From Dicyema japonicum (Eukaryota > Animalia > Dicyemida), in the NCBI GenBank assembly GCA_011109175.1, contig RDEW01000094.1, positions 1 through 32,555 of the forward strand: a stretch of 32,555 nucleotides of DNA, given 5' to 3'. The stretch's first letter is position 1. Each line of letters begins with the position of its first letter. A program made the position numbers and the translations under genes. Below, piece by piece: positions 22,621 to 32,555 of this stretch. The notes under the pieces are model-generated. The model saw only the letters and a list, made by a program, of their open reading frames with translations. It made no database searches and was not told where the DNA came from.

Positions 22621-22645
22621 AAAAACAATAAACAGAGTTAAAAAA

Positions 22646-22835
22646 AATTAATGATGATATAAAACGGTTAGAAGACTATTTGATTGTTTTTAATAATTAC
22701 GTTAACGAATTGTGTATGAAATAACTATAATAGGTGATAAATAATTAATGATGATATAAAACGGTTAGAAGACAATTTGATTGTTTTTAATAATTGCATT
22801 AACGAATTGTGTATGAAATAACTATAATAGGTGAT
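22646..22835. repeat. 97-nt tandem duplication
   Basis: AATTAATGATGATATAAAACGG at 22646 and 22743, about 3 mismatches. Confidence 0.85.
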
Positions 22836-22990
22836 CTAATAGAATACGACAGAAGATTAAAGCTGCTGTTAAATAAGCTAATCTCGCTAGCCATCCTAAA
22901 AGGGAATAGCCACGCAGTCAGGGCGGCCGCTATATGACCAATTGTTTACTTTTTTATAAAGATGAAAGTAATAAAGGGTTTGTTAGAAAG
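22835..22990 (+). mobile_element. CRE-type C-terminus/3' end
   Basis: LIEYDRRLKLLLNKLISLAILKGNSHAVRAAAI* matches the 'ISLAI.RGN' motif. Confidence 0.6.
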
Positions 22991-24165
22991 TTATTTCATT
23001 TCTGCTAAAAATGTTTTTGGCTCGTTAACTTCCGACGGATAGATTTTAATGGTAAACCTATAAAAGTTGATATTATGGATTGTTTCATCATAAGTTCCAT
23101 CGACAACATCATAGTCTAACAATAAACTAAAAAATACTTGAGAATATTCTGAAAGTGAAATGAATATAAAAATTAAATCCAGCATTAACAAAATATTCAG
23201 ATATTCAATATATATGCAGCATAAATAAAATTCAGACACAAATCGTTAACGCAATTATTAATAAAATTTTGTTGCTTTTGAGTTCTTAAATTGGATTGGA
23301 CAAGTTATTCAATTTGATAATTGGTCGGGCTGCTATTCAACTAAATGTCTAATTAATTTCATATTATGTCTACCGGTGGAATAAATGAATGGATTTGATT
23401 TTCTATCATATTAGTCGATTGTTTAAACAAATCATTGCTAAACAACTGGTGTGGATAGCATCTCTATCTCCAACCTTGTTATGACAGCAACTATCCCATC
23501 CTCTGTTTCAGATAAGGCTGAGACCCTAAAGGTGAGAAATACGTATGTTACGGTTGACAATTCATTTTTGACCAGTAGCCGTGAAAACGTCAAAATTTAA
23601 TGAAACATGTCATTGATTTTGATAGACAGAATCAGATCGCTCATTGCGAAGAAGAAAAATGATAAAAAGTTCAAAAAGATATGATAAATTCAAGGTCATT
23701 ATAACGCAAAATCGATTGTAACAATTCATATAAAAGGTTGCTCAATTTCGATATCATTGACGTAAGCGATCTTTAAAAGATATCTTCTAAGCACGTATGA
23801 CTTCAATCGTCTCGGCGACAACGGTTTGCGTATGAAATCTTGTAAGTGGCAGTTGTATTTGGTTATTTAAAGTATTCGAATACTAGTGATGCCTTCGAAG
23901 CATTTTTTAGGAATCTTATTAATTCTGAATGCAAAAAAGTATCCATGGATGCCCCATTGCAAATAAGATTTTTCCTAAGAGAGAATAGAAAAACTTTGAT
24001 CCTGTCTGCGCGTTTTATATCATTACGATATATGAAAAAAAAGTTAAAAATGCAGATCTTGACTACTTAAGAGAGAAAACAAGAAAGAGCAACTTGGAAG
24101 ATGATATTTAACGAAATTATTCGGAGTATTTAAAATTAAAAAAACAACGAGAAAAGTAATAGTAG

Positions 24166-24732
24166 TTAATAAATAGGTACATATGACATTGGTCCTATGC
24201 TAATTCGGCGTTTAATAACAAATGTGATGACTCCCATGATTGTAGGTGTTACAACAGTGAGTATAATTCCTATACGAATATACATTTTTGAATTATTAGA
24301 ATTTGTATTTTTTCCAGGAATTCCTTTTCAAAACACACCGACTCTAAAATTCAGGAAAAAATCAAACCGTTCACACTACAACGGAATTTAAAATCATCCC
24401 GAAGAATTTGGCATTAAATGATGAAAACTCACCATATATGTCATCAGCAAATTTAGTGAGAGACAATTCGAAGTTACAGGAATTTCCAACATCAATCAAT
24501 TTGGTATTATTAGGACTTTAAGACCCGTTATAGATTTTATCAATGATTAACTGAATTTTGGACATATAATATTTTTTTTAATACAAAATAAATGTAAAAA
24601 TTATTTCAAAACGACTCCCCATAAGAGATAATTCAACACTATTGTTATCAAAATTAATCTTCGTTATCAAAATCTCGGAAAAAGCTAATAAAATATTAAT
24701 CAAATATTAAAATATACAATTTACTATTTCAA
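24166..24732 (-). pseudogene. LAMP-like gene copy B (3' exons; 5' part lost in gap), frameshifted
   Basis: Near-identical to 11227-11792, tail ..MSYVPIY*. 1-nt deletions near 24325 and 24411 relative to the intact copy. Confidence 0.8.
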
Positions 24733-25059
24733 NNNNNNNNNNNNNNNNNNNNNNNNNNNNNNNNNNNNNNNNNNNNNNNNNNNNNNNNNNNNNNNNNNNN
24801 NNNNNNNNNNNNNNNNNNNNNNNNNNNNNNNNNNNNNNNNNNNNNNNNNNNNNNNNNNNNNNNNNNNNNNNNNNNNNNNNNNNNNNNNNNNNNNNNNNNN
24901 NNNNNNNNNNNNNNNNNNNNNNNNNNNNNNNNNNNNNNNNNNNNNNNNNNNNNNNNNNNNNNNNNNNNNNNNNNNNNNNNNNNNNNNNNNNNNNNNNNNN
25001 NNNNNNNNNNNNNNNNNNNNNNNNNNNNNNNNNNNNNNNNNNNNNNNNNNNNNNNNNNN

Positions 25060-25760
25060 TCCTGCAACCGAGCAAGACTTTTATTAAAAATAAAGAAAAC
25101 AATATTTCTCAAGGTGAATATTATCCTCACTTTTTAACTTCGTTTTATTAACTATCAATACATCAACGGGATTAGTGGATAGCATATGCACAATCTCAGA
25201 ACGCCTTCTCTTTAAGGATCGGGCGTTCACTGCAATAAAAGTAAGAATAGACTCTATACTTGTAGAACCTCAGCCTCTCCAATAAAAGGGCCAACAATTT
25301 CCTGACGTCAAATCATTATTCGGCACACGAACTTTTTGGAACCCAAACACCATCTTCAGTCTCACTTTCGACGTGGTTTCGAATCTAGACTTTAAGTTAA
25401 TTTTCCAACAGGAAGACAGCGCCGATCCTTCATAAAACGTTGGAAAGAGAAACCAGGTCGTAGAGTTTCAGTAAAATAAAGATTCAAGTCATCATCTGAG
25501 GCCCAAAAATGGATTCCCTTCACAACAACAGTTGAAGGATTGGAAGGAAGTATAAAAACATGTCCATCAATACCTAATGAAGCTCTCAAGCCATAATCAT
25601 CGACACAATCGTCGATATCCTTTTTTGAGGCAATTTCCAGCGTAAACAAGCCTGATTTCCTTAATCACATTCGTTCCATACTGGCAGTCGCTGTGTTTGA
25701 TAGTATGTTAAAACGTTTAATCCATCCCAAAGCCATGTTTTTATTTTCCAGATTCACTAT
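25060..25760 (-). mobile_element. LINE 5' part: gag-like ORF1 remnant and start of APE endonuclease
   Basis: LTFIAVNARSLKRRRSEIVHMLSTNPVDVLIVNKTKL is the APE 'N..G/S....D......ETKL' start (about 25130-25260). Upstream NPSTVVVKGIHF is ORF1-like. Confidence 0.65.
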
Positions 25761-26329
25761 AAAAGACTCATCAAGTTAGACAAAAAAGCTCGTTTGCTTC
25801 TTCCTTTTTAATTAGCTTATAATTAGCAACGAGTTTGACAATTCTAATAAAATTATATATCTTTCTATCCGGTTCTGAGTTACGCAAAAATAAAGACTAT
25901 TACTATGACCTCGTTAAAAAATTCAAATATTATTTATTAAATGATAAAAAAGTAGAATAATAATTATGGAATCGTCTCAATTCTAACAGTTATCAATTAA
26001 AAAAAATTTAAAAAAAACGTAACGAAAGATTACCTATTGCAAAACTAAAAATAGAAAACCGTGGAGAAGCTCAGTCTTTAATTAGACTTGGTTTTAATAT
26101 TAGTTTCTCACAAGTCACAGTGAATGGTTTAAAAAACCTGAAATCCAATGCATTCACTTTCAGTTATTTGGTCATATTGCGCGTTTCTGCAAAAACGTTT
26201 AAAGATATTTGATTTGCTCAGGAAACCACAGGAAGTCGGATAGAACTGTAAAAATTGCATAATTTGTGGATTAACTAACAACATGGCTAACTACGTAGGT
26301 TGCTCTTGTGCAAAGCAGCTAATAAACTC

Positions 26330-27310
26330 GAGATGGATAAATTCTTAAATCAAGGTAAACCTCGCAATGAAAATGTGTTACTATTAAAGACTCCTGGCGG
26401 CGTTTTCGCAGCAAGTCTTCGAAAGTATCTACTGATCTCAATTGGGCGGACACCATCTCCTTTTCTGAATGCCAATAGATGTCCAATAAAAAGAAGATCT
26501 TTAGCATATTTCGAAATATTACCATTAACTACTCAAGTGAGCATCAAGGTGATAGACGTTTAAAAGCAAGGACTACTTTAGCAGTTGTTCCAGATGTTAA
26601 GTTAATTACATGGCTTGGGCGCAGTTCGTCCAGACCTCCGCAGCTACTGGGATCAAAAGACTTTATTACACGCACTATTTCAAATTCAGTGGGAATAAAT
26701 ACCGGGAGGTCTACTGGCTTGTTAAGTTCTGCTAGTTCAGTTGTGGAGTAGGGAGCTTTCTTCCTAGTAACTCCAAGACTTCAATAGTGATTCGTCACAA
26801 TACACTACTCTAACAGCTGCGCGAACGCCCCCTTCCATCAGTTTTCGGTTCACTCTCTAGAAATGTTTTAGAATCTTCCTGTATACACCCAGCTTCTGTA
26901 GACAACTGTATACGCCGAAGTACTTGATCGGGCAAGATTCCTGTGTCTTGCTGCGTTGAAGTTGCCAAAAATGAAGAAGTATTCTACTTAAATTTTGAGG
27001 CCAATAATCAGTTACGAGCTTGATCTGAGGCAGAATTTCCTAGGGTCATGAGTGCAAAGCACAGTAGACGTATCCAAGAGGCATGGTCGCTGGTACTGAT
27101 AGCTTTATAAATTAAAGACGTGAAGTATTCTGCAGTGGGAATTCGAGCGGCCTTTGGTGTCCTCAGAGGAATTCGTCTACCTTTCCGACTCTCTGATAGG
27201 CGTAACAAAAAAAGTTCGATTTGTCCAGAAAAGGAAGGATGTGTGAATTTATCCGGATGACAGAACCTACCGGGTCGGAAATATCATGTTCGGCCAAGAA
27301 TCATCACGTT
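26330..27310 (-). mobile_element. Second CRE-family element, 5' half to start of RT, degraded
   Basis: RTPKAARIPTAEYFTSLIYKAIS..SWIRLLCFA (homologous to 16430-16560); EGGVRAAVR; KSFDPSSCGGLDELRPSH; LLAFRKGDGVRPIEISRYFRRLAAK. Confidence 0.75.
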
Positions 27311-27639
27311 AACGAAGACCTAATATGAAATTTTTGATGATGAAAAACTAATAAATTCTTAAATAAATAAAAATAACAATTATTGGAAAAGCAGAGAATT
27401 AACCCAAACTAGCAAATTAATCTGACGCGTTCCAGCGATTCTAAAAGTCGTCTCGAGGTAACGAAATTGTGTCCTCGGGAAAGAATAGTAAGATCCTTGA
27501 GAATGCCGGCATCTTGTTAGTAAGTTGAATCAAATAAAGTTATCAGAGAGAAGGAAGATAAATTTTTAACAAAATAGCAAATAGTATCACATGGCAGCAC
27601 GTGGATTAAAATAAATTACAATTTACAGTGTGGAGTAGG

Positions 27640-29750
27640 ACTTTCTTGATTAATTTATTTATTTTATTTAACACCCAAAACCACGGTAAAACCAAAACTA
27701 AATAGCACGTGATCACGATGCGCTCCGCCAAAATCCTCATTCTTTCCCGGTGCTCCTCCCTCGTTCCTACACAAGCTCGTAGAGGGCGGCTGACTGTATT
27801 TTCAGGGCAGGAGTTTTGTTTAATGAGGGCTTCCAGTGTAGTTGGTCTAGTCCTTTGTCTTCCATAAGACCACCGATCCGTCATTCTGAAAGCCTTCATT
27901 TGAACGTCATCGATTTTCTTAAAGTTCGTCCATGATAATGAAGGTCCCCACAAAGCACACGCGTACGAGAAGCATGGTTCGATGTCTTGCTTGTAAATCT
28001 TCATAAAGACCGAGTGGGTATCTTCTTCCATATTCCAGATAAACATTTTAATACATTGATCCTCATCTCGCACTGCAGAACAATGTTAGCCACGTGTGAT
28101 GACAAACATAAGTGTGTATCAAGTGTTACGCACAAGATCGTCGGATGTTTGGTGAAGGAAATTTCAATGTTGTCCAATTTTAACTTGAAAGTCATCTACC
28201 CAACCTTTTGTCCGAAGTAAACATAGACGTGACTGACTTTCTGGAATTTATCGTGATTCGGTTCTTTATAAACAGGCGTTGAGTCTGTACAGGTTAATTT
28301 GTAATCTTTCTGTAGCATTTTGGATCACGCGAGGCCAAAACAATGTCGTCCGCATATGTGAGTAGAACATCCGGTGTCGGGAGGTCTGCCAGGTATAAAT
28401 TGAAATAATATCTCCAGGGTTCTTCAATAACACTACTGGAATGTTGTCGGGACCGGCAGAGTACGTTGTTCTAGTAAAACGCTGCGCATTCTTAACGTCT
28501 TTATCCGATAAGTTAACTGAGTTAGAATCCTTCTTCAGTTTCATCCATGAAGAGAGAAGCACTTCCGATTTCTTGTGTTCCTTGTACGAAAATTTTGTGT
28601 AGAATTTTATCAAATTGTTAACGTCGTTAAGTATACTCATCCTCGAGGAAAGTTTCTGCTCCCTTTTGCAACATTTCGGATGGCTTTCCACACTTCTCCG
28701 GTACTACGGTTGCGATTTACCTTTGTAAGAATCCGATTCCAATTCAATTTTTGGCCCTTGAAGTCTCTGGCCTTTATTTCGTCGTTTAAAGCTCTGATCC
28801 GGAGTTTCGCTTTTAATGTAATCCAATTAGATTTTTGAGGTGATTTCTTTCTTTGATCAATGCCGACTTCCCTCGTCCATTAGAGGAGTTTAGACGATGC
28901 TTGAGAATAGCCAATGATCTTGCTTCTAGGATTGTGCAAGTAAAGTATTTGATCGCTTTTTCTATCGATTTGAAGCTGACCAAGTAACAATTCTTCAGTC
29001 TATTATCAGAGATTGCGCGATGCAATTCCCAATTAGCAGTATTGTAGTTATAACTAGCAGGTGTTCTCTTCACTCTGACTTCTCTCATGACCTTCATCAA
29101 GATTGGATTATGGTCGCTTCTTGTTTCGTAGAGGACTGACCAATCAATTTTTAATGAAAGCGAAGATGAGCAAGTGTTACATCCAGTGAGATAAGCTAAT
29201 CCGTCTTTCTGAGTGGGGTCCTTGTATTTTTCGCTGGATCGTTCAGTATCGTTAGTGAGTCCGATTTCAATAACAATGGCTTCCCTCTCGTGTCGGCCTG
29301 TTGGGTTGACATCCATAATGGGTGCTTTGCGTTTAAATTTCCACATATAATAATCTCATCGTAGATTGCCAATCTTGATAGGTTTGGAATAACATAGTCC
29401 TTTGAGCAGGAGTTGGGAAGAGGCAAGTAGATATTCACGAGGCACATACTTATTTTCGTTGTCCCAAGCGAGATACCAATTGCCTCATTAACCTTGTCAT
29501 TTCCAACAAGTTTCCTCACTTCTGAAGTAATGTCTCTGCATTTCAGGTTCTTTTTGAATAGAGTAAGTAGTCAAACCCCTCTTCTCTTTTTACGGTCCAT
29601 CCAGATTGCCTCGTATCCAGGGAATGAAGGAGTGGAATTATCAATGCGTAGTTTAGTTTCTTGAATCATGTCCACGTCGATCTTCTGATTTGCCAGGATT
29701 GAACGGAGTTCCCTGACTTTGTCTTTAATTCCGTTGGAGAGCAATAAATT
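27640..29750 (-). mobile_element. APE-RT LINE pseudogene with internal deletion of the RT core
   Basis: APE: NGIKDKVRELRSIL..DVDMIQETKL..FPGY..VNIYLP..ICGNLNAKHPLW..SDHNPI. RT start: SAGPDNI..LLKN. Then YADD-like (rc of 28340-28358), LCVTLDTHL and YKQDIEPCFSYACALW..VQMKAFR. (TAAA)-rich tail near 27650. Confidence 0.85.
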
Positions 29751-29899
29751 TCTTTTCTTTACACTGGGCTAATTAATGAATTAATGAATATAAGATTATT
29801 ACAATTATATGATTTATATAAGTTTTATTAGTTTCGAATTTATTATATGTTAAAAGTTAATTCATCAATATAACAAGTGACTTAAATTATACACATTGA

Positions 29900-31050
29900 A
29901 GTGTTCATTATTCATTTTTATGTTAATGTTAATGATTTGTCCTCAATCACGAATATCAAATTCAGACAACATATGTCATTTGAAATTGTTTTTTGAAGAG
30001 TAGTCGTAAAAAATGTATTTTATAAATAAGTATAATGGTAGACAAAGAATTATTTATTTAACATTCATTATAGAATAAATTTTTATGATGGAATGAACGA
30101 TAAAATCCAAAGAAAAAACTTAATTTTTAATTTTTTGGTGGATTTTCAGAGGAATTCTACAACCTCTCAATAAACATAGAATTAAATTCTAGTAATTATT
30201 ATTTAACACTCAAAGGTGATGAAACCTATAGGAATACAATAAATCTTCCAAATATTAAATATGGAGAATATTACTGATGCGGGTATATCTCCGTAAATTT
30301 TGAGAATCATTATTCTCTCACAATTTATTCTATGACGGAAGAATTGTTCGATAAAGATTTACGTACATATTTAATTGGAAAGGGTTTAAATCTTGTTTAA
30401 TTCAGCAAATGACTGTGATCCATCTGACGATCCAAATGTTCGATATTGATATTTTATTGCCGAAAATAGACTAAAAGCTATATTAAGTGGGAATTTTAAA
30501 ATCATATATTTTAATGATCACATTCATAAAATCGTAAATTGTATATTTCTATAGTTGATTAATAAATTTTTATTTTCAGACCAAAATATGAATACTACGA
30601 TTTATTTTGGAAACAATAGTGTGGCGTTGTCTCTTATAGGAATACATTTTGAATTATTTTTTACATTTATATTGTATCAGAACAAATATTATATCTCCAA
30701 CATTCAGTTAATCATCGATAGCGTGTATACTCTGTCTTGGAGACCTAATAAATCCAAATTGGTTGATGTTAGGAAATCATGTATCTCCGAATTGCTTTTT
30801 GCTAAATTTACTGATGACATATATGCTGAATTTTCATTATTTAAGGCACACTTCTTAAGGATGATTTGAATTTCAGTTAAATTGGGAACGGTTTAATTTT
30901 TCTTGAATTTTAAAGTCGGGGAGTTTTGAAAAAGTTACTTCTGGATAAAATAAAAATTATAATCATTCAAAAATTTTTAAAATTATAGGAATTATACTCA
31001 CCGTTCTAACATTTTCAATCATAGGAGTCATCGCATTTTTTAAGATAAAC
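29900..31050 (+). pseudogene. Diverged LAMP-like paralog D (convergent with copy C)
   Basis: Same five intron positions: 30015-30041 (27), 30192-30215 (24), 30384-30405 (22), 30534-30554 (21), 30891-30913 (23, acceptor mutated to AA). GEYY*CGYISVNFEN, ANDCDPSDDPNVRY*YFIAENRLK and GIILTV are retained. In-frame TGA stops, a degenerate start and a lost tail. Confidence 0.8.
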
Positions 31051-32555
31051 GTCATCGCAAAGAAGAAAAATGAAAAGGAGTTAAAAATATATGATAAATT
31101 CAAGGTCATTATTCCGCAAAATAGATTGTTACAATTCATATAAAATGTTGCTCAATTTTGATATCATTGACCTAAGCGATTTTAAAAAGAATTCTTCTAA
31201 AGCCATATGACTTCATTTGTCTCGGCGACAACGGTCGCTCATTAAAATCTGGTAAGAGGCAATTGTATTTGAATATTTAAAGTCTTCGAATACCAGCGAT
31301 GCCTTCAATTCTTCAATGAAGAATTTTATAATTTCTGACTGCAAGAAAGTATCCGTGGATGCCCCATTGCAAATAATGTTTTCCTAAGAGAGAATAGATA
31401 AACTGTGATCCAATCTGGGCGTTTTATATCACCACGATATATGAAAAAAAAGTTGAAAATGCAGATCTTGACAACTTAAGAGAAAAAACAAGAAAGAGCA
31501 ACTTGGAAGAAGATAATTAAGAAAATTATTGAGAGTTTTTAAAATAAAAAAACAATGAGAAACGTAATAGTAGTTAAAGAATAGGTAAATATGGCATTGG
31601 TCTTATGCTATTTCGGTGTTTAATAACAAATGTGATGACACCGATGATTGTAGGTGTTACAACAGTGAGTATAATTCCTATAATAATATACATTTTTGAA
31701 TGATTAGAATTTTTATTTTTTCGAGGAATTCCTTTTTCAAAACAAACTGACTCTAAAATTCAGGAAAAATCAAACCGTTCCCAGTATAACGGAATTTAAA
31801 ATCATCCCGAAGAATTTTAGTCTTAAATGATGAAAACTCACCATATATGTTATCAACAAATTTTATGAGATACAATTCGAAGTAACAGGAATTTCCAACA
31901 TCAATAAATTTAGTATTATTAAGACTCCAAGACACGTTATAGATTTTATCGATGATTAACTGAATTTTGGACATATAACATTTTTTTTGATACAAAATAA
32001 ATGTAAAAAGTATTTCAAAACGACTCCCCTTAAGAGATAATTCAACACTATTGTTATCAAAATTAATCTTCGTTTCCAAAATATTGGAAAAAAATAATAA
32101 AACATTAATCTAATATTAAAATATACAATTTACTATTTCAACTTTGTGATTATTAAAAAATATGATTATAAAATGCCCACTTAATATTCCTTTCAGTCGA
32201 TTTTCGGCAATAAAATACCAATATCGAACTTTTGGATCGTTAGATGGATAACAGTCATTTGCTAAATTAAATTATATCAAACCTTTTCCAATAAAATTTG
32301 ATCTTTATCGTTTAGTGTAATATTCTATCACCAAAGAATATATCGTGAGAGTATTACCATTTTCAAAATTTACGGACATATATCCGCTTCTGTAATAATC
32401 TCCTTGTTTAATTTTTGGAATATTTGTTGTATTTGTATAGGTTTTATTATCTTTGAGTGTTAAATATTAATTACTAGAATTTAAATCAATTTTTATTGAG
32501 ATTTTGTAGAATTCCCCTGAGGATTCAAAATAAAATTGGTAGAACAAGTTATTTA
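31050..32555. repeat. Third copy of the LAMP-like module plus downstream CRE remnant (paralogous to about 10440-12215)
   Basis: Direct sequence match to 10440-11100/11115-12215 and to 23640-24732. Confidence 0.9.
31574..32555 (-). pseudogene. LAMP-like gene copy C (5' end beyond window), premature stop
   Basis: Same introns as the intact copy. In-frame TAA at 32305-32307 (TCA in copy A). YYRC has become YYRS. Tail ..PMPYLPIL*. Confidence 0.8.

Larger units (their letters stand above)
13865..24732. repeat. Segmental duplication block B (paralogous to 1935-12500), carrying extra insertions
   Basis: See block A. B-specific sequence: about 14010-14738, the CRE element 16021-18762, and 19948-21075 (Tc1-like, replacing the SORD 3' part). 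B lacks about 2755-5582 and about 6538-6829 of A. Confidence 0.9.

Noticed and set aside
26300-28838. Plus-strand ORFs 26300-26563, 26479-26751, 27987-28220, 28575-28838 and similar antisense ORFs at 17288, 17727, 18569
   Set aside because: Shadow ORFs antisense to retroelement coding sequence.
4790-30450. In-frame TGA at expected Trp positions (pogo remnants, paralog D), suggesting TGA=Trp recoding
   Set aside because: The paralogous pogo copy has TAG at the same site, the intact LAMP-like gene uses TGG, and all cases are in decayed sequences. TGG decay by G-to-A change explains them.
1-32555. CRISPR array, prokaryotic operon or defence system, rRNA, telomeric repeats
   Set aside because: No repeat-spacer periodicity; all repeats are two-copy duplications or dispersed paralogs. 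Spliceosomal introns and non-LTR elements show a eukaryotic origin.

Overview
AT-rich, repeat-dense eukaryotic DNA in the standard genetic code, with scaffold gaps at 5417-5469, 9128-9817 and 24733-25059 and single Ns at 1343, 4888 and 11114. The ORF track misses the real host genes because ultra-short GT-AG introns split them. I mapped 17 such introns by hand, all 21-28 nt. Two host genes are recognisable. (1) A sorbitol dehydrogenase (SORD-like) gene at 7686-8908 (-) has 7 introns and about 3 frameshifts, and a truncated 5' copy lies near 21075-21443. (2) A family of LAMP-like (lysosome-associated membrane glycoprotein) type I membrane proteins has one fully intact 357-aa, 6-exon copy at 11227-12416 (-), two damaged near-identical copies and one diverged convergent paralog. 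Most of the window is a ~12-kb tandem segmental duplication (about 1935-12500 vs 13865-24732), and part of a third copy runs from 31050 to the end. Decayed transposons fill the rest: a near full-length PHD-finger CRE-type non-LTR element with a 9-bp TSD and a visible empty site, about ten further CRE fragments, R4/NeSL-type RLE fragments, APE-RT LINEs, RTE ends, IS630/Tc1, pogo/Tigger and CGGBP1/hAT-like remnants. The source is inferred to be a reduced-intron animal parasite such as a dicyemid or myxozoan; this cannot be proven from the window. I found no CRISPR array, rRNA or tRNA. All family assignments come from manual translation and motif recall, not database searches.
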